From Deltaproteobacteria bacterium (lineage in GTDB: Bacteria; Myxococcota; Myxococcia; SLRQ01), in contig SLRQ01000013.1 of the NCBI GenBank assembly GCA_007130885.1, positions 11,004 through 75,003 on the forward strand: a stretch of 64,000 bases of DNA. Reading direction: 5' to 3'. Below are positions 38,812 to 49,123 of this stretch, piece after piece; the stretch's first letter is position 1; each line of letters begins with the position of its first letter. The translations under genes and the position numbers were made by a program. Below the pieces are notes generated by a model, which saw only the letters and a program-made list of their open reading frames with translations, had not been told where the DNA came from and did no database searches.

Positions 38812-40221
38812 TCACAACCGGGCCAGCTTCACGATGTTGGTGGCGCGGTGCTCCCCTGGGGGCACGCCGGCCACTATCACGACCGAGTCGCCTGGTGAGC
38901 ACGCTCCGATCTCCAGCAGGCGATGCCCGACGACCTCGAACATCTCGTCCGTGGAATCGATGGGAGAGATGGGCCGCGGCTCCACACCCCAGTACAGCGC
39001 CATGCGAAGCAGGGTTCTCGGTAGGGACGAGAAGGCGAAGAGCCTGGCGCCCGGGCGGTACTCGCTTATCAGCGCCGCGGTGGCGCCGCTGTTGGTGAAC
39101 GCCGCGATGGTCGAGACTCCCAGGTCCTCGGCGGCGTTGACCGCCGCCCTGGCGGCGGCGTTTTGAAAGGTCGGCATCTCTTTCAGGAAGGCGCGTACGA
39201 CACCTCGATGATAATGGGGTGAGCGCTCGGCCTCCGTGATGATGGACGACATCATGCGCGTCGTCTCGACAGGGAAGTCCCCGACGGCGGTCTCTCCGGA
39301 AAGCATCATCGCGTCGGTGCCGTCGAGCACGGCGTTTGCTACATCCGACACCTCGGCCCTGGTCGGACGTGGGTGCCTGGTCATGGAGTCGAGCATTTGC
39401 GTTGCGATGATGACCAGCTTCCCGTGAGCGTTGGTGCGCTCCACCGCCGTCTTCTGTATCGCGGGGACGCGCTCGGCCGGCAGCTCCACGCCCAGATCGC
39501 CCCGAGCCATCATGATGCCGTCGGAAGCCGCGATTATCTCTTCGAGGTGCTCGACCGCGAGAGGGCGCTCGATCTTGGAGACTATGGGGGTGAGGTCGCC
39601 CGCCGGCATGGCGGCCCGAAGACGCTTCACGTCCGCCGGGCCCTGGACGAAAGAGAGCGCTACGAAATCGACGCCAAGCCCCAGGCCGAAGGCGAGATCC
39701 TCGAGATCCTTTTCCGTCGGCGCCGAAAGAGAGAGCCGGGTGGAGGGCAGGTTCACGCCCTTTCTCTGACGCAGCACGCCTCCGTTCAACACGCGGCAGC
39801 GTATCTCACCCTCGTCCTTGTCCACCACCTCCAGAGACAAGAGCCCGTCATCCAGCAGGATCGGTTCTCCAGCCGACACATCCGATGGGAGCCCCTCATA
39901 ATCGATCTGAAACGCCTCTGGCGTGCCTTCCACATCGCGGGTCGTCAGCGTAGTAATCTGTCCGCTCTTCAGCTCGATGGCTCCGTCCCGCATCCGTCCG
40001 GTCCTGATCTTCGGACCCTGCAGGTCCTGAATCACCGCGATGGGGCGGCCCTTTTTTTCGGCGACTCTCCGGACCATCTCGTAAGTTGCGGCGTGGCTCG
40101 CGTGATCGCCGTGAGAGAAGTTGAGGCGCGCGCCGTCCATGCCCGCTTCGATCAGCGCTTCGATCATCTCGGGCGAGCTGGTGGCCGGCCCGATCGTGCA
40201 GATTATCTTGGTTTTGCGCAT
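38812..40221 (-). CDS. pyk: pyruvate kinase
   Basis: MRKTKIICTIGPATSSPEMIEALIEAGMDGARLNFSHGDH is the classic PK N-terminus. PK active-site region MVARGDLGVE present. GGAGGA RBS upstream of ATG 40221. Confidence 0.92.
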   Translation of the reverse strand: MRKTKIICTIGPATSSPEMIEALIEAGMDGARLNFSHGDHASHAATYEMVRRVAEKKGRPIAVIQDLQGPKIRTGRMRDGAIELKSGQITTLTTRDVEGTPEAFQIDYEGLPSDVSAGEPILLDDGLLSLEVVDKDEGEIRCRVLNGGVLRQRKGVNLPSTRLSLSAPTEKDLEDLAFGLGLGVDFVALSFVQGPADVKRLRAAMPAGDLTPIVSKIERPLAVEHLEEIIAASDGIMMARGDLGVELPAERVPAIQKTAVERTNAHGKLVIIATQMLDSMTRHPRPTRAEVSDVANAVLDGTDAMMLSGETAVGDFPVETTRMMSSIITEAERSPHYHRGVVRAFLKEMPTFQNAAARAAVNAAEDLGVSTIAAFTNSGATAALISEYRPGARLFAFSSLPRTLLRMALYWGVEPRPISPIDSTDEMFEVVGHRLLEIGACSPGDSVVIVAGVPPGEHRATNIVKLARL

Positions 40222-40238
40222 GTCCTCCGCCGTTGCGT

Positions 40239-41894
40239 CTATCTTCGCGTGTGAGATGCGACATCCCAGCTTTCCGGAAGGCTGACCATGAAGGAGAGGT
40301 CGATCTCGGTCTTCGCGCCTTCTTCCAGAGAGACATCCCAAGTGAGAATGCCTCGCTCCTCGTCCAGCTCGTATCCCTCCGTCGTCTCACTGTCCTCGAT
40401 CGACACCCGCACGTCGTCCACACGGCTAACCGGTATGGTCTCCCTCACCTCGATGGTTATGGGACCTGCCGTGTCGTTTACGATCTCCGTACGATAGGCT
40501 CTCTCCATCCTTAGGTTGCGCCGAAGGAAACCCGGGTCATGGTCCATCTCGGATAGCTCGTGGCGCATGGCGCGAACAGATTCGTCCGGACCGAGTGACA
40601 GCTCCATACGTGCGCTGGGAGGCGTGTAATCGAGGTCGAGCCGGCCGGCGTAGGCGCCGTCGCGGAATACGTGCATGGGGCCTTCGAGCAAGGGGTAAGC
40701 GGCGGGGTTGCTCAGCTCGACGATACGATAGGCATATGGAGCCAGCTTGGGGATAGCCACCCGCTTTCCCGTCGCTTCGCTTTGGATGTCGTCCACTGGG
40801 AATCGGTAGGGTCGGGCGTCACGCCTCACATCGACGGTGCCTGGAATCGTGAGGCTGAAAGCGCGTCCTTTATCCTCTAGGACGACCTGGTCCGGCGAAT
40901 CCGTTGTGGGCTTCATGCCGGGGGCGAGACCTCCGCGATCTTCCTCTGTTTGGACGAGGACCCGCTGCTTGCCGACCTCACGACCGTCCACGTGGATGGT
41001 CGCCGGTTGGGGAGCCTCCGCTCCTAGATCGGGTCGTGCCGTGGTGAGGGTGAGCCGAGCTCCAAGCCAATCTTCCCCGGTGCCTTGCCTGACAACTGCT
41101 CCAACACCAATCCTGGCCGTCCCAGGGCCGACGCCGTCTCCACCCTCCGAGTCGAAGCGCAGATCGTACTCGGGGGTCCAGGTCGCGCCGGGAACCAAAT
41201 ACGAAAGCTCCACCGCGGTTTGCCGGGCGTCATTGCAATCCACGGTGACGGTGACCTGGTGAGCACGTTCCTGTTTCCTGTAATCACCTGTCCTGAGGTA
41301 GGCGTCGAGACGCCTTTGCAGCAGTTCCTCCTCGCGATCGAGATCGATCAGTCTCGCTCTTGCATCCACCCTGCTAGAGACGAGACGCATGCTCTCCGAG
41401 CGGGTGAAGTCCAGCGCCGAGGTCCACCGGCTGATCGCCGTCTCTTCCGCCAGAGCCTCGTTCTCGAACAGGGCGCGGAAGGACTCCGCATAGGCGGCGG
41501 CCGCACGATGGCGCTCCTCGGCTGTTCTTTTCCGGTGATTCAAGGCTCGGCGTGATTCTTCGATTCTCGCCAGCTCATCGTGGATGCCGGCCAACTTCGG
41601 ATCGAGAGGCACGTCTACTTGCGTGAGCCTTGCGCAAACGCCGACGGCCTCGGCGGGGCTTTCGGCTTCCGCGCGAAGCGTGGCGACGTCGAGCCGGGCC
41701 GGCAGCGGCGGGAAAGTAACTCTCACGGAGCCTTGCCCGGGGGTACAGGCAACCTGCGCCGTTCTCGTGACCTCGGCACGATCAACGAATACGGTGACGC
41801 GGTCGATGGGAGCGCTAGCCGATGCCGCCACGGCTCCTCCGCCGGATACCCCAACCAAGATTCCGGTGATGAAGATGAATGCTGGAGATCTCAT
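40239..41894 (-). CDS. DUF4139/DUF4140 (MuiA-like, mucoidy-inhibitor family) secreted protein, paralog 1
   Basis: Signal peptide MRSPAFIFITGILVG. Collinear similarity to the upstream paralog (shared blocks such as GATWTPEYDLRF / GAGWTPVHELHF and VRQGTGEDW / VRQATGEDW). Family assignment is from memory of the TIGR02231/DUF4139 architecture. Confidence 0.55.
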   Translation of the reverse strand: MRSPAFIFITGILVGVSGGGAVAASASAPIDRVTVFVDRAEVTRTAQVACTPGQGSVRVTFPPLPARLDVATLRAEAESPAEAVGVCARLTQVDVPLDPKLAGIHDELARIEESRRALNHRKRTAEERHRAAAAYAESFRALFENEALAEETAISRWTSALDFTRSESMRLVSSRVDARARLIDLDREEELLQRRLDAYLRTGDYRKQERAHQVTVTVDCNDARQTAVELSYLVPGATWTPEYDLRFDSEGGDGVGPGTARIGVGAVVRQGTGEDWLGARLTLTTARPDLGAEAPQPATIHVDGREVGKQRVLVQTEEDRGGLAPGMKPTTDSPDQVVLEDKGRAFSLTIPGTVDVRRDARPYRFPVDDIQSEATGKRVAIPKLAPYAYRIVELSNPAAYPLLEGPMHVFRDGAYAGRLDLDYTPPSARMELSLGPDESVRAMRHELSEMDHDPGFLRRNLRMERAYRTEIVNDTAGPITIEVRETIPVSRVDDVRVSIEDSETTEGYELDEERGILTWDVSLEEGAKTEIDLSFMVSLPESWDVASHTRR

Positions 41895-41929
41895 GTTTGT
41901 GCCTCCTGGACCTTGAAGTGCCACCTGCA

Positions 41930-43879
41930 TCACCGCTGGAAAAGCCGCCAGTCCGAGGGACGGCGGATTGTGTAGCGAAGCTCGAGGGTTTTCTTCTCGC
42001 CCGAAGGGATCTCCACCTCCCACTCGACGAGACCCTCCGTGTCCGTCGGACCGGCCGCGGGCGGCTCCATGGAGTCCACTTCGATGGTGATGTTCTCGTT
42101 TCGCGTCTTCGGGACTTGATCGGTGACCCGAACTCGAATGGGCCGGCCTTTGTGGTTGGCTATCTCGATACGGTGGGTGTAAGCGGTGGCTTCCTCACGA
42201 CGGACGATTCCGCTGGTCACCGTCTCGGGTATTACCACCCGCCGTACCCGCACGTCCTGGTCGGCGCCGAGAGGCAGCTCAACCTCGCCTCCGGGACCTA
42301 TGGTACGCAGGTCTCCCCTTCCGGCATGAGATCCCGCGACGAACATGTTCACGGGGCCGCCGAGCAGCGGCCGGTCACCTGTGTTGCGGACAGTTGCCTT
42401 CAAAAAGGCCGTCTCCATCAGGCCTGGGCTGGTCTCGTACATGACATCCGCGGTGAAGGTCTCGCGAAACAGCGGTACGAGGTGGCGGTCGCCGGTGGCG
42501 GGGACCGTGACCTCCACCGGCGAGATGTAGGCGAAGTCGAGACCGCCGGCGAGAGCCGCCGGTGAACCCGAAGGAGGTGGGGGACGTTGACGCTCGCCGG
42601 GGTCGGCTAGAAGGAAGCTTTGCGCGGGAGCCGCCTGTGGCGACGAAGCCATTGCTCGCCGGCCGCGAGGCGCTGCTTCCTCGGTGACATCCGCGAAGTC
42701 GATCACTGTCTCTTGCCTGTATCCGGCCGAACGAGGCTCGGGTCGCTCCGCCGCGCGAGGCGGCGGTTCCGAGCCGGAAAGAGCCTTTCGAGTTGATTCG
42801 GCATGACCGTAACCGGCGGACCAACCCTCGGCTGCTTCCGTACGTCCGTGCATTTTCCGTAGCCTCTCTTTGAGGGAAGCCAAGCGGATGATCGAGTCGA
42901 TCTCCATGGGTTGCGCCGCTGGTTCGGGCACCGGGTTCACGTGGCGATGAGCGCGTTGCTTGGGCCTGGGGGTCGGCACGAAGTCTCGTGCTTCGCCGAG
43001 CACCCATGTGAGCATCTCCGGCATCTCGAGACCGCGGCCCGGTACCGCCGTGGACAAGGAGAGGGTGACGTCATTCCAGTCCTCTCCAGTGGCTTGTCGG
43101 ACCCTGCCGGAGGCGGCGAGAAGAACTCGTCCTTCCTCCGGGGTGAAGTGAAGCTCGTGGACCGGGGTCCAGCCGGCACCAGGCACGCCGTACTCGAGCT
43201 CGACCGGTACGCCTCTTCCGCCGTTTGGAGACTCCACCACCGCCCATACCCGCAGTCCGCTCTTCGTCAGACCGCCTATGTCCAGCCGCTCCAGCCGCTC
43301 ACGAGCGTCCTCACGCGCCTTGGCCGCTTCCCCCCTTTTTGTTGATCTGTCGCGGGCCCCCGCACGAACCTCGGTAAGGCGCTCCTCCAAGAAGTCGAGA
43401 ACCTCCGGCCAGGCGAGAGGAGACAGAGTTCCCATGTCGTTCTCACCGGGTACTCTTGGCAGAAGCTTTCCGAGAAGATCGGCTTCCTTCTCGAATACCT
43501 CGATCTCGCCGTCCAGCTCGAAAAGCCTAGCGTCCAGCACCTCTATCTCTTCGAGGATTGCTTCCACCTCTTCGATGCCGCTGTGCGGCCGCTCCATCTC
43601 GAGCATCTCCACGCGGGCTATCCTCGTTCCATCCACCGCGACTCGAACCGTCTCGGGCCAGGTGCCTCCCGGCAGATCGGGCAAAGCGACGACGTTCTCG
43701 CCCGCCGCCAGATCCACCAGCCCGCGCCTGACGACGCGTGCCCTGTCGCCGAAAACCGTAACCTCGGCGATGGGCGCGCTCACGGATGTGTCCACCTCAT
43801 CCAGGCCTGGTGGGACTTCGGGCTCCATGCCCAGAAGGCCGGCTGCAAGGACGGCTAGAGCGCACAGTGTACTATTCAT
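41930..43879 (-). CDS. DUF4139/DUF4140 (MuiA-like) secreted protein, paralog 2
   Basis: Signal peptide MNSTLCALAVLAAGLLG. The same conserved blocks as paralog 1. Pro/Ala-rich low-complexity insert in the middle. GGAGG RBS upstream of ATG 43879. Confidence 0.55.
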   Translation of the reverse strand: MNSTLCALAVLAAGLLGMEPEVPPGLDEVDTSVSAPIAEVTVFGDRARVVRRGLVDLAAGENVVALPDLPGGTWPETVRVAVDGTRIARVEMLEMERPHSGIEEVEAILEEIEVLDARLFELDGEIEVFEKEADLLGKLLPRVPGENDMGTLSPLAWPEVLDFLEERLTEVRAGARDRSTKRGEAAKAREDARERLERLDIGGLTKSGLRVWAVVESPNGGRGVPVELEYGVPGAGWTPVHELHFTPEEGRVLLAASGRVRQATGEDWNDVTLSLSTAVPGRGLEMPEMLTWVLGEARDFVPTPRPKQRAHRHVNPVPEPAAQPMEIDSIIRLASLKERLRKMHGRTEAAEGWSAGYGHAESTRKALSGSEPPPRAAERPEPRSAGYRQETVIDFADVTEEAAPRGRRAMASSPQAAPAQSFLLADPGERQRPPPPSGSPAALAGGLDFAYISPVEVTVPATGDRHLVPLFRETFTADVMYETSPGLMETAFLKATVRNTGDRPLLGGPVNMFVAGSHAGRGDLRTIGPGGEVELPLGADQDVRVRRVVIPETVTSGIVRREEATAYTHRIEIANHKGRPIRVRVTDQVPKTRNENITIEVDSMEPPAAGPTDTEGLVEWEVEIPSGEKKTLELRYTIRRPSDWRLFQR

Positions 43880-44331
43880 GTAAACCTCCGGGAGTGGCCT
43901 CGAACGCGAGGAGGCAGGCGGAAACGACTTCGCGAATGGTAGAGCATACACGTTGAGGCCATTTTATGAAGCGACTATGCGGCTCTGAAGGATCCCCGCT
44001 ATCGAGCTGCTCACGTCTGGTGCCGGGACCTGCCGGCCGCGATCCGCTTCCCCGCCGGCCCCGCTCCCGCGCGCTTTCGAAAAGCAGCGGAAACTCCTCC
44101 GATGGCGTCGTTACGAGCCGGTGGGGGATCGGGCCAGATTTTTGGCGACTGGAGGTGCCGGGTCTCGGATCTTCGAGGGTATCGCTCCCCGGCACATTAG
44201 AGAGATAAGGTTCAGCCGCCCTAATTATGGGGGGTTGCGGTGTTTTTGCCGTCTTGCTCGTCACAGGCCCGGTTCTTGCTTGATGGGAAGGGACATCATT
44301 TTTCGAAAGCAGGTCGATTAGGGAGGAAGTA

Positions 44332-47300
44332 ATGCGACACGAGGCTTCAGGACATTCGATCAAGAAGAGAGGGACAAACGTTGCGTGCTTTTTCTGTGAT
44401 GAAAGCGCGGCTGAGCATCGCCGAGGCATTGCGCGGGGGCCATGGTTGACGGTGCTTTTCGCTTGCTCACTCATGCTTCTTGGCGCGGGCGGCTGTTCCG
44501 TCGAGCACGACCCCGGCAACCCGACTGAGCGAGACATGGATCAGACGGACTTCCTATCCGCCGGATCTTCTTCGGAGGACACCAGCCTTGCGGGGACCGA
44601 CGATGCCGAGCGGGCTCCCGCCGATCCGGCGTCGGACGAAGACTTCGGCGAAGGCGGCGAGGAGCGGACCGTCGAGGAGGGCGACATCTACCGCGTGCTC
44701 GCGGGCGATATGATTCTCAACCTCAACTCCTTCCGCGGGCTCCAGGTCATCGACTTCTCGAACCTCGAGGAACCGGAGATCATCGGTCGCGCGCGCGTCA
44801 CCGGCACGCCGGTGGAACTCTATGTGCACGGCGACCATGCCTTCGTGCTCATGAACAACTGGCGCGGTTACCGCGGAAGCAAGTACTCGTCCGAGATAGA
44901 GCAGGTGGCCGGCGGTCTAATCCTCTCGGTTGACATCTCGGACCCCAGCGCCCCAGTCATTAGGGAGCATGTCCGCGTTCCTGGTCGAATAGAGACGAGT
45001 CGCCTGGTGCACGGCGGCGGGCAGGCCGCGCTCTATGTGGCCGCGGCCGAGTGGTCGTACGATGTGGACGAGGACGGCGTCTACAGAGAGCACCTCGAAA
45101 CCTTCGTACGCAGCTTCGAGGTGACGGGGGGATCCATGAAGCAGCGCTCCGAGATCGATCTCGGCGGCTTCGTAAGCGACATTCAGGCTACTTCAACAGC
45201 GCTCTTGGTCGCCCGGAACGAGAGCTGGTGGAGGCGCGACCCCGAGCAGGCAAGCCGGGTTGCGGTAATCGATATCTCCAGCCCCGACGGCACCATGGTC
45301 GAGGGCGGTGAGGTCGAGGTCGCGGGGTTCGTGTTCACCCAGTTCAATATGGACCTCTACAACGACGTCCTCCGGGTCGTCTCGGGGAGCCGGTGGGGAA
45401 GCAGTCCCGCAAACTATATAGAGACCTTCGACGCTTCCGATTTCTCCAACCTGGAGCCCATCGACAAGGAGGAGTTCGGCGCCGGCGAGGACCTTTACGC
45501 GACGCTGTTCCTTGGCAACAAGGCGTTCTTTGTCACGTACTGGCAGGTAGACCCCTTCCACGCGTTCGAGATAACCGACGAGGGGATCGCCACGGAGATG
45601 AGCGAGTTCATCGTATCCGGCTGGAACGACTACTTCAGGGCCGTCTTCGGTGAGAGCCGCTTGATCGGGATTGGCAAGAACGACGAGCAGGGCACCCAGC
45701 AGGCCGTGAGCCTCTACGACATCACGGATCTCACCAACCCCGAGCCGCTGATAGAGCGGGCCGAGGTCGACATGCACTGGAGCTGGTCCGAAGCGGAGTG
45801 GGATCACCGCGCTTTCTCGGTGCTGGAGGGCGCTGTCGATGTACAGGCCGCCGACGGCACGCGGGAGACGGGGCTGGTGCTATTGCCGTTCTCCGGTTGG
45901 GATTACGACTCCGAGACAGGTCACGGCCGGCATCTTGCCGCGGTACAGATCTTTACCTTCTCCGAAACTACTCTTACCCGCCGAGGCGTCATGGAGCATC
46001 CGACTCGGGTCAGGCGAAGCTTCCCCGCAAGCGACGAGGCGGTGGCGAACCTGTCCGAAACGGACATCGCTTTCTTCGATCATCGCGATCCCGACGACCC
46101 CCTCTCGCTGGGCTCCGTGGAGCTTGCTCCGAACTACGCCGACTACTTCGTCTTCGGCGATTACGGTGCCCGCCGAAAGGATGAGGGCAACCACTATTGG
46201 TATTATCGGGCTGACGATGATGCGGTGACGCTAATCGAGATCGTCGATGTCGCCGAGGATCCGGATCTCGCCGAACCCAATGCTTTCTTCGAGGTGGAGA
46301 GAGGCGCTCAGCTCCATCAGGTCGGTGATCTTCTGGTCGCTGTCTCGGAGGTGTACGATGCCGTGGACATGCACGAGCCCGGCGGTACGCGGCACTACGA
46401 GTACGAGGTCTCTCGCTCGCTCACGGTCCATGATCTTTCCAACCCGCTCGAGCCAGAGAAGGTCGGCGAGATAGAGCTGGAGGAGACTTCCTCCGGCGGA
46501 AGGTATTGGGGCAGGCAGGAGGCCCACGTGGTGGGCGAGGGGCTTGTACTGGTGCAGCGCGACTACAACTATGAGGTGCTGGACCCTGAGGAGGTCTGCT
46601 ACTTCGATAGCTTCGGCAGTTGTGTGAGCTCGCCTCGCGACGGCGGACCCAGCGACGGGGACCGTGAGCCCGATGAGGAAGCCACCACCGAGTGCGAAAT
46701 GTGGACGGCGGACGTCTTCTGTGAGCGAAACTCCAGCGGTGAGCTCGAGTGCACTGGAACGGTCGAGATCTGTACCTGGAGCGACGGGGAGGAGAGGGAA
46801 TGCGAGACCGTCGATGTAAACGACATCGAAGATCTCGAGCAGTACGTATACTGCTACGAGCAAGGAAGGCACAGGAGCTGGACCGAGCTGTCGCTACGAC
46901 CGATAGATCTCTCGAACCCCGCTGATCCGGTCGTCCGCCCGGCCATTGAGCTTGGTGAAGGCGACGATTACGTATCGGTGCTGGCGGACGGCGATGATCT
47001 CTACCTGTCGTTCGGTAGGCCCGAGGAGGTGGAAGGAGACAACCGCGGCTTCGTCCGGTTCTTCTTCAAGCGCATCGGTTTTGGTAGCTACGTCGAGCCC
47101 GAGTTCGGCCCGGAGGTCAACGTGCCCGGCGTGTTGATCGCGGTCGACGACTCGTTCGTCTACACTCGCGACAGGGTCTTCAGCGGAAACAGGGTGGAGA
47201 CTGCTATAGCCAGGTGCGAGGTCGACGGGGATCTCGCGTATCTTCGCGGCCTTCGGCAATTCGAGAAGAGGTATGTAGCCGAGACTGTCCTCGATGGCGC

Positions 47301-47676
47301 GGGCCACCTTCTGGTCACTCACGGCCCTGCTTACAGAGACGGTATTTTCGGAGGGCACGACAGCATGGAAGATCGCATGCACACGTTGTCGGTTCTCGAT
47401 GCGGCATCTTCCGAGTTCGATTTGCTCTCGGAGGTGGAGGTCGACACCTGGGCCTCGCTCCGCGAGGCCCGGCCGGGACGTGCTCTCTTCCAGGTTCCGG
47501 GCGGCCTGCTCATCATGAACCTAGATAACCCGGGGAGCCCGTTCCCGCAGGCTTACTTCCCGACCATGGGCTGGCCGAGGTCGATCCGCGTGCATGACGG
47601 CACCATAGTATTGGCGGCGGGCCGTTACGGCATCTACAGCTTCCCGCTGGACGGCTTCAACCTCCTGCCGATGTAA
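44332..47676 (+). CDS. large secreted lipoprotein, possible beta-propeller-domain protein
   Basis: GGGAGGAAG RBS upstream. Lipobox LLGAGGCS. Acidic low-complexity linker. Repeated beta-strand-rich segments. A resemblance to the secreted 'beta-propeller domain' family is noted but not verified. Confidence 0.45.
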   Translation: MRHEASGHSIKKRGTNVACFFCDESAAEHRRGIARGPWLTVLFACSLMLLGAGGCSVEHDPGNPTERDMDQTDFLSAGSSSEDTSLAGTDDAERAPADPASDEDFGEGGEERTVEEGDIYRVLAGDMILNLNSFRGLQVIDFSNLEEPEIIGRARVTGTPVELYVHGDHAFVLMNNWRGYRGSKYSSEIEQVAGGLILSVDISDPSAPVIREHVRVPGRIETSRLVHGGGQAALYVAAAEWSYDVDEDGVYREHLETFVRSFEVTGGSMKQRSEIDLGGFVSDIQATSTALLVARNESWWRRDPEQASRVAVIDISSPDGTMVEGGEVEVAGFVFTQFNMDLYNDVLRVVSGSRWGSSPANYIETFDASDFSNLEPIDKEEFGAGEDLYATLFLGNKAFFVTYWQVDPFHAFEITDEGIATEMSEFIVSGWNDYFRAVFGESRLIGIGKNDEQGTQQAVSLYDITDLTNPEPLIERAEVDMHWSWSEAEWDHRAFSVLEGAVDVQAADGTRETGLVLLPFSGWDYDSETGHGRHLAAVQIFTFSETTLTRRGVMEHPTRVRRSFPASDEAVANLSETDIAFFDHRDPDDPLSLGSVELAPNYADYFVFGDYGARRKDEGNHYWYYRADDDAVTLIEIVDVAEDPDLAEPNAFFEVERGAQLHQVGDLLVAVSEVYDAVDMHEPGGTRHYEYEVSRSLTVHDLSNPLEPEKVGEIELEETSSGGRYWGRQEAHVVGEGLVLVQRDYNYEVLDPEEVCYFDSFGSCVSSPRDGGPSDGDREPDEEATTECEMWTADVFCERNSSGELECTGTVEICTWSDGEERECETVDVNDIEDLEQYVYCYEQGRHRSWTELSLRPIDLSNPADPVVRPAIELGEGDDYVSVLADGDDLYLSFGRPEEVEGDNRGFVRFFFKRIGFGSYVEPEFGPEVNVPGVLIAVDDSFVYTRDRVFSGNRVETAIARCEVDGDLAYLRGLRQFEKRYVAETVLDGAGHLLVTHGPAYRDGIFGGHDSMEDRMHTLSVLDAASSEFDLLSEVEVDTWASLREARPGRALFQVPGGLLIMNLDNPGSPFPQAYFPTMGWPRSIRVHDGTIVLAAGRYGIYSFPLDGFNLLPM

Positions 47677-47893
47677 CGGGGCGGGACCGCCTCTAAAGAA
47701 GTGTCTGGTGGGAAGTTGTTGGGTCGGCGTATTGGTGAACATGCGAGAAATGCACAGGCCCTGACATCACTACTGGTGAAGCAGCCCTGTCTGGACTAAT
47801 ACAAGGACCATGAATGCCGCCACCGGATCTGTCCCCCGCCTGGTGTTTCCCCGAATCAGCTTTTTCGATCTCTCGCGGTCGAGAGGCAAAGAC

Positions 47894-48979
47894 ATGGTTA
47901 AGAGCTGGGTGGTGCTCGCCGTTTTCTTCATGCTCGCCGCTCCGGCGGCCGCCGACTTCAGTCCTGAAGAGCTTGTGGAGGTGGGACGTGCCTACATGGA
48001 GCGCGGCCAAAACGAGGACGCCATCGAACCTCTGCGGATGGCGGTCGAGGCCGACGACGAGAACGTCGAAGCTCATCGTCTTCTGGGTCTGGCGCTGTCC
48101 ATGACCGGGCGTTCCGCGGAGGCGGAACCTCATCTCGCACGCGCCGCCGAGCTCAAACCAAAGAGCTACGAGACGCTCCTTCTTCTCGGAATGGCAAGAG
48201 ATCTCGCCGGCCGCCACGACAAAGCGGCCAAGGCATACGAGGCTGCCACCAAGATCGACGAGGACCGGCCGTGTGCCTGGCATGAGCTTGGAATGACCCA
48301 TCTGTTGCGAGGTGACCCCTCGTCCGCGGTAACGGCTCTCGGACGCGCCGCTGAAGTCTCCGAAAAGCCGAGCGGTTCCCTGCTCGCGGATCTCGGTTAT
48401 GCGTTGTCGGCCGCCGGAGAGTCGGAAAAGGCCCTCGAGGTATTGGGTAGGGCGGTCGAGGTCGAGCCCGGCGATGCCGGAATACGTTTCGTAAAAGGAC
48501 GCGTTCATGCGGCGGCCGGTCAGGTCGACGAGGCGCTGGAGGCTTTCAACGCGGCGCTAGAGAGAAAACCCGACTGCGCAAACTCCGCCCTGCACAAAGG
48601 AATGACGCTGGTAGGGGCGGAACGCTACGAAGAGGCGCTTCCCGCCCTGAAGCTTGCGGTAGCCGAAGGTTCCTCCAGCCCAAGGGCTCGCGCGGCGTTG
48701 GGGCGAGCGCTTGCCGCTACAGGTGATCTCGACGGCGCCGAAGCGAACCTTCGGGCGGCGGTGGCGGCCGAACCACGTCTAGTTGCTTCGTGGCGTGATC
48801 TTGCTCGAGTGTATGAGGCCAAGGAAAAGCGGGACGAGGCTCTTTCAGCGCTCGAGCGCGCCGCAAGCCTCTCTCCGGATAATGAAGACATTTCCGGAGA
48901 GATCCAGCGGCTCAGGGGTTTGGCGGACGAAGACGACCCCCCCAAAGAGGATCTCGAGGACACCCCTGGAGAGGAATAG
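47894..48979 (+). CDS. secreted TPR-repeat protein
   Basis: Signal peptide MVKSWVVLAVFFMLAAPAAA followed by 8-9 TPR-like units and an acidic tail. Confidence 0.7.
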   Translation: MVKSWVVLAVFFMLAAPAAADFSPEELVEVGRAYMERGQNEDAIEPLRMAVEADDENVEAHRLLGLALSMTGRSAEAEPHLARAAELKPKSYETLLLLGMARDLAGRHDKAAKAYEAATKIDEDRPCAWHELGMTHLLRGDPSSAVTALGRAAEVSEKPSGSLLADLGYALSAAGESEKALEVLGRAVEVEPGDAGIRFVKGRVHAAAGQVDEALEAFNAALERKPDCANSALHKGMTLVGAERYEEALPALKLAVAEGSSSPRARAALGRALAATGDLDGAEANLRAAVAAEPRLVASWRDLARVYEAKEKRDEALSALERAASLSPDNEDISGEIQRLRGLADEDDPPKEDLEDTPGEE

Positions 48980-49123
48980 TGGATTGCTACAGCAGTTTGT
49001 GGGGAGCCGGTCTTGATTCGTGGACTCATTGGAATCGGAGTAGGGTATTCGACTCGTTCGGCGCCTCGATGTTTGTTCCCCCGCGCCTACTAACCTAGAA
49101 TGTGTAAGATCTCTGGAGTGCTC

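Noticed and set aside
39373-40254. 293-aa + ORF
   Set aside because: It is antisense to pyruvate kinase, which is unambiguous.
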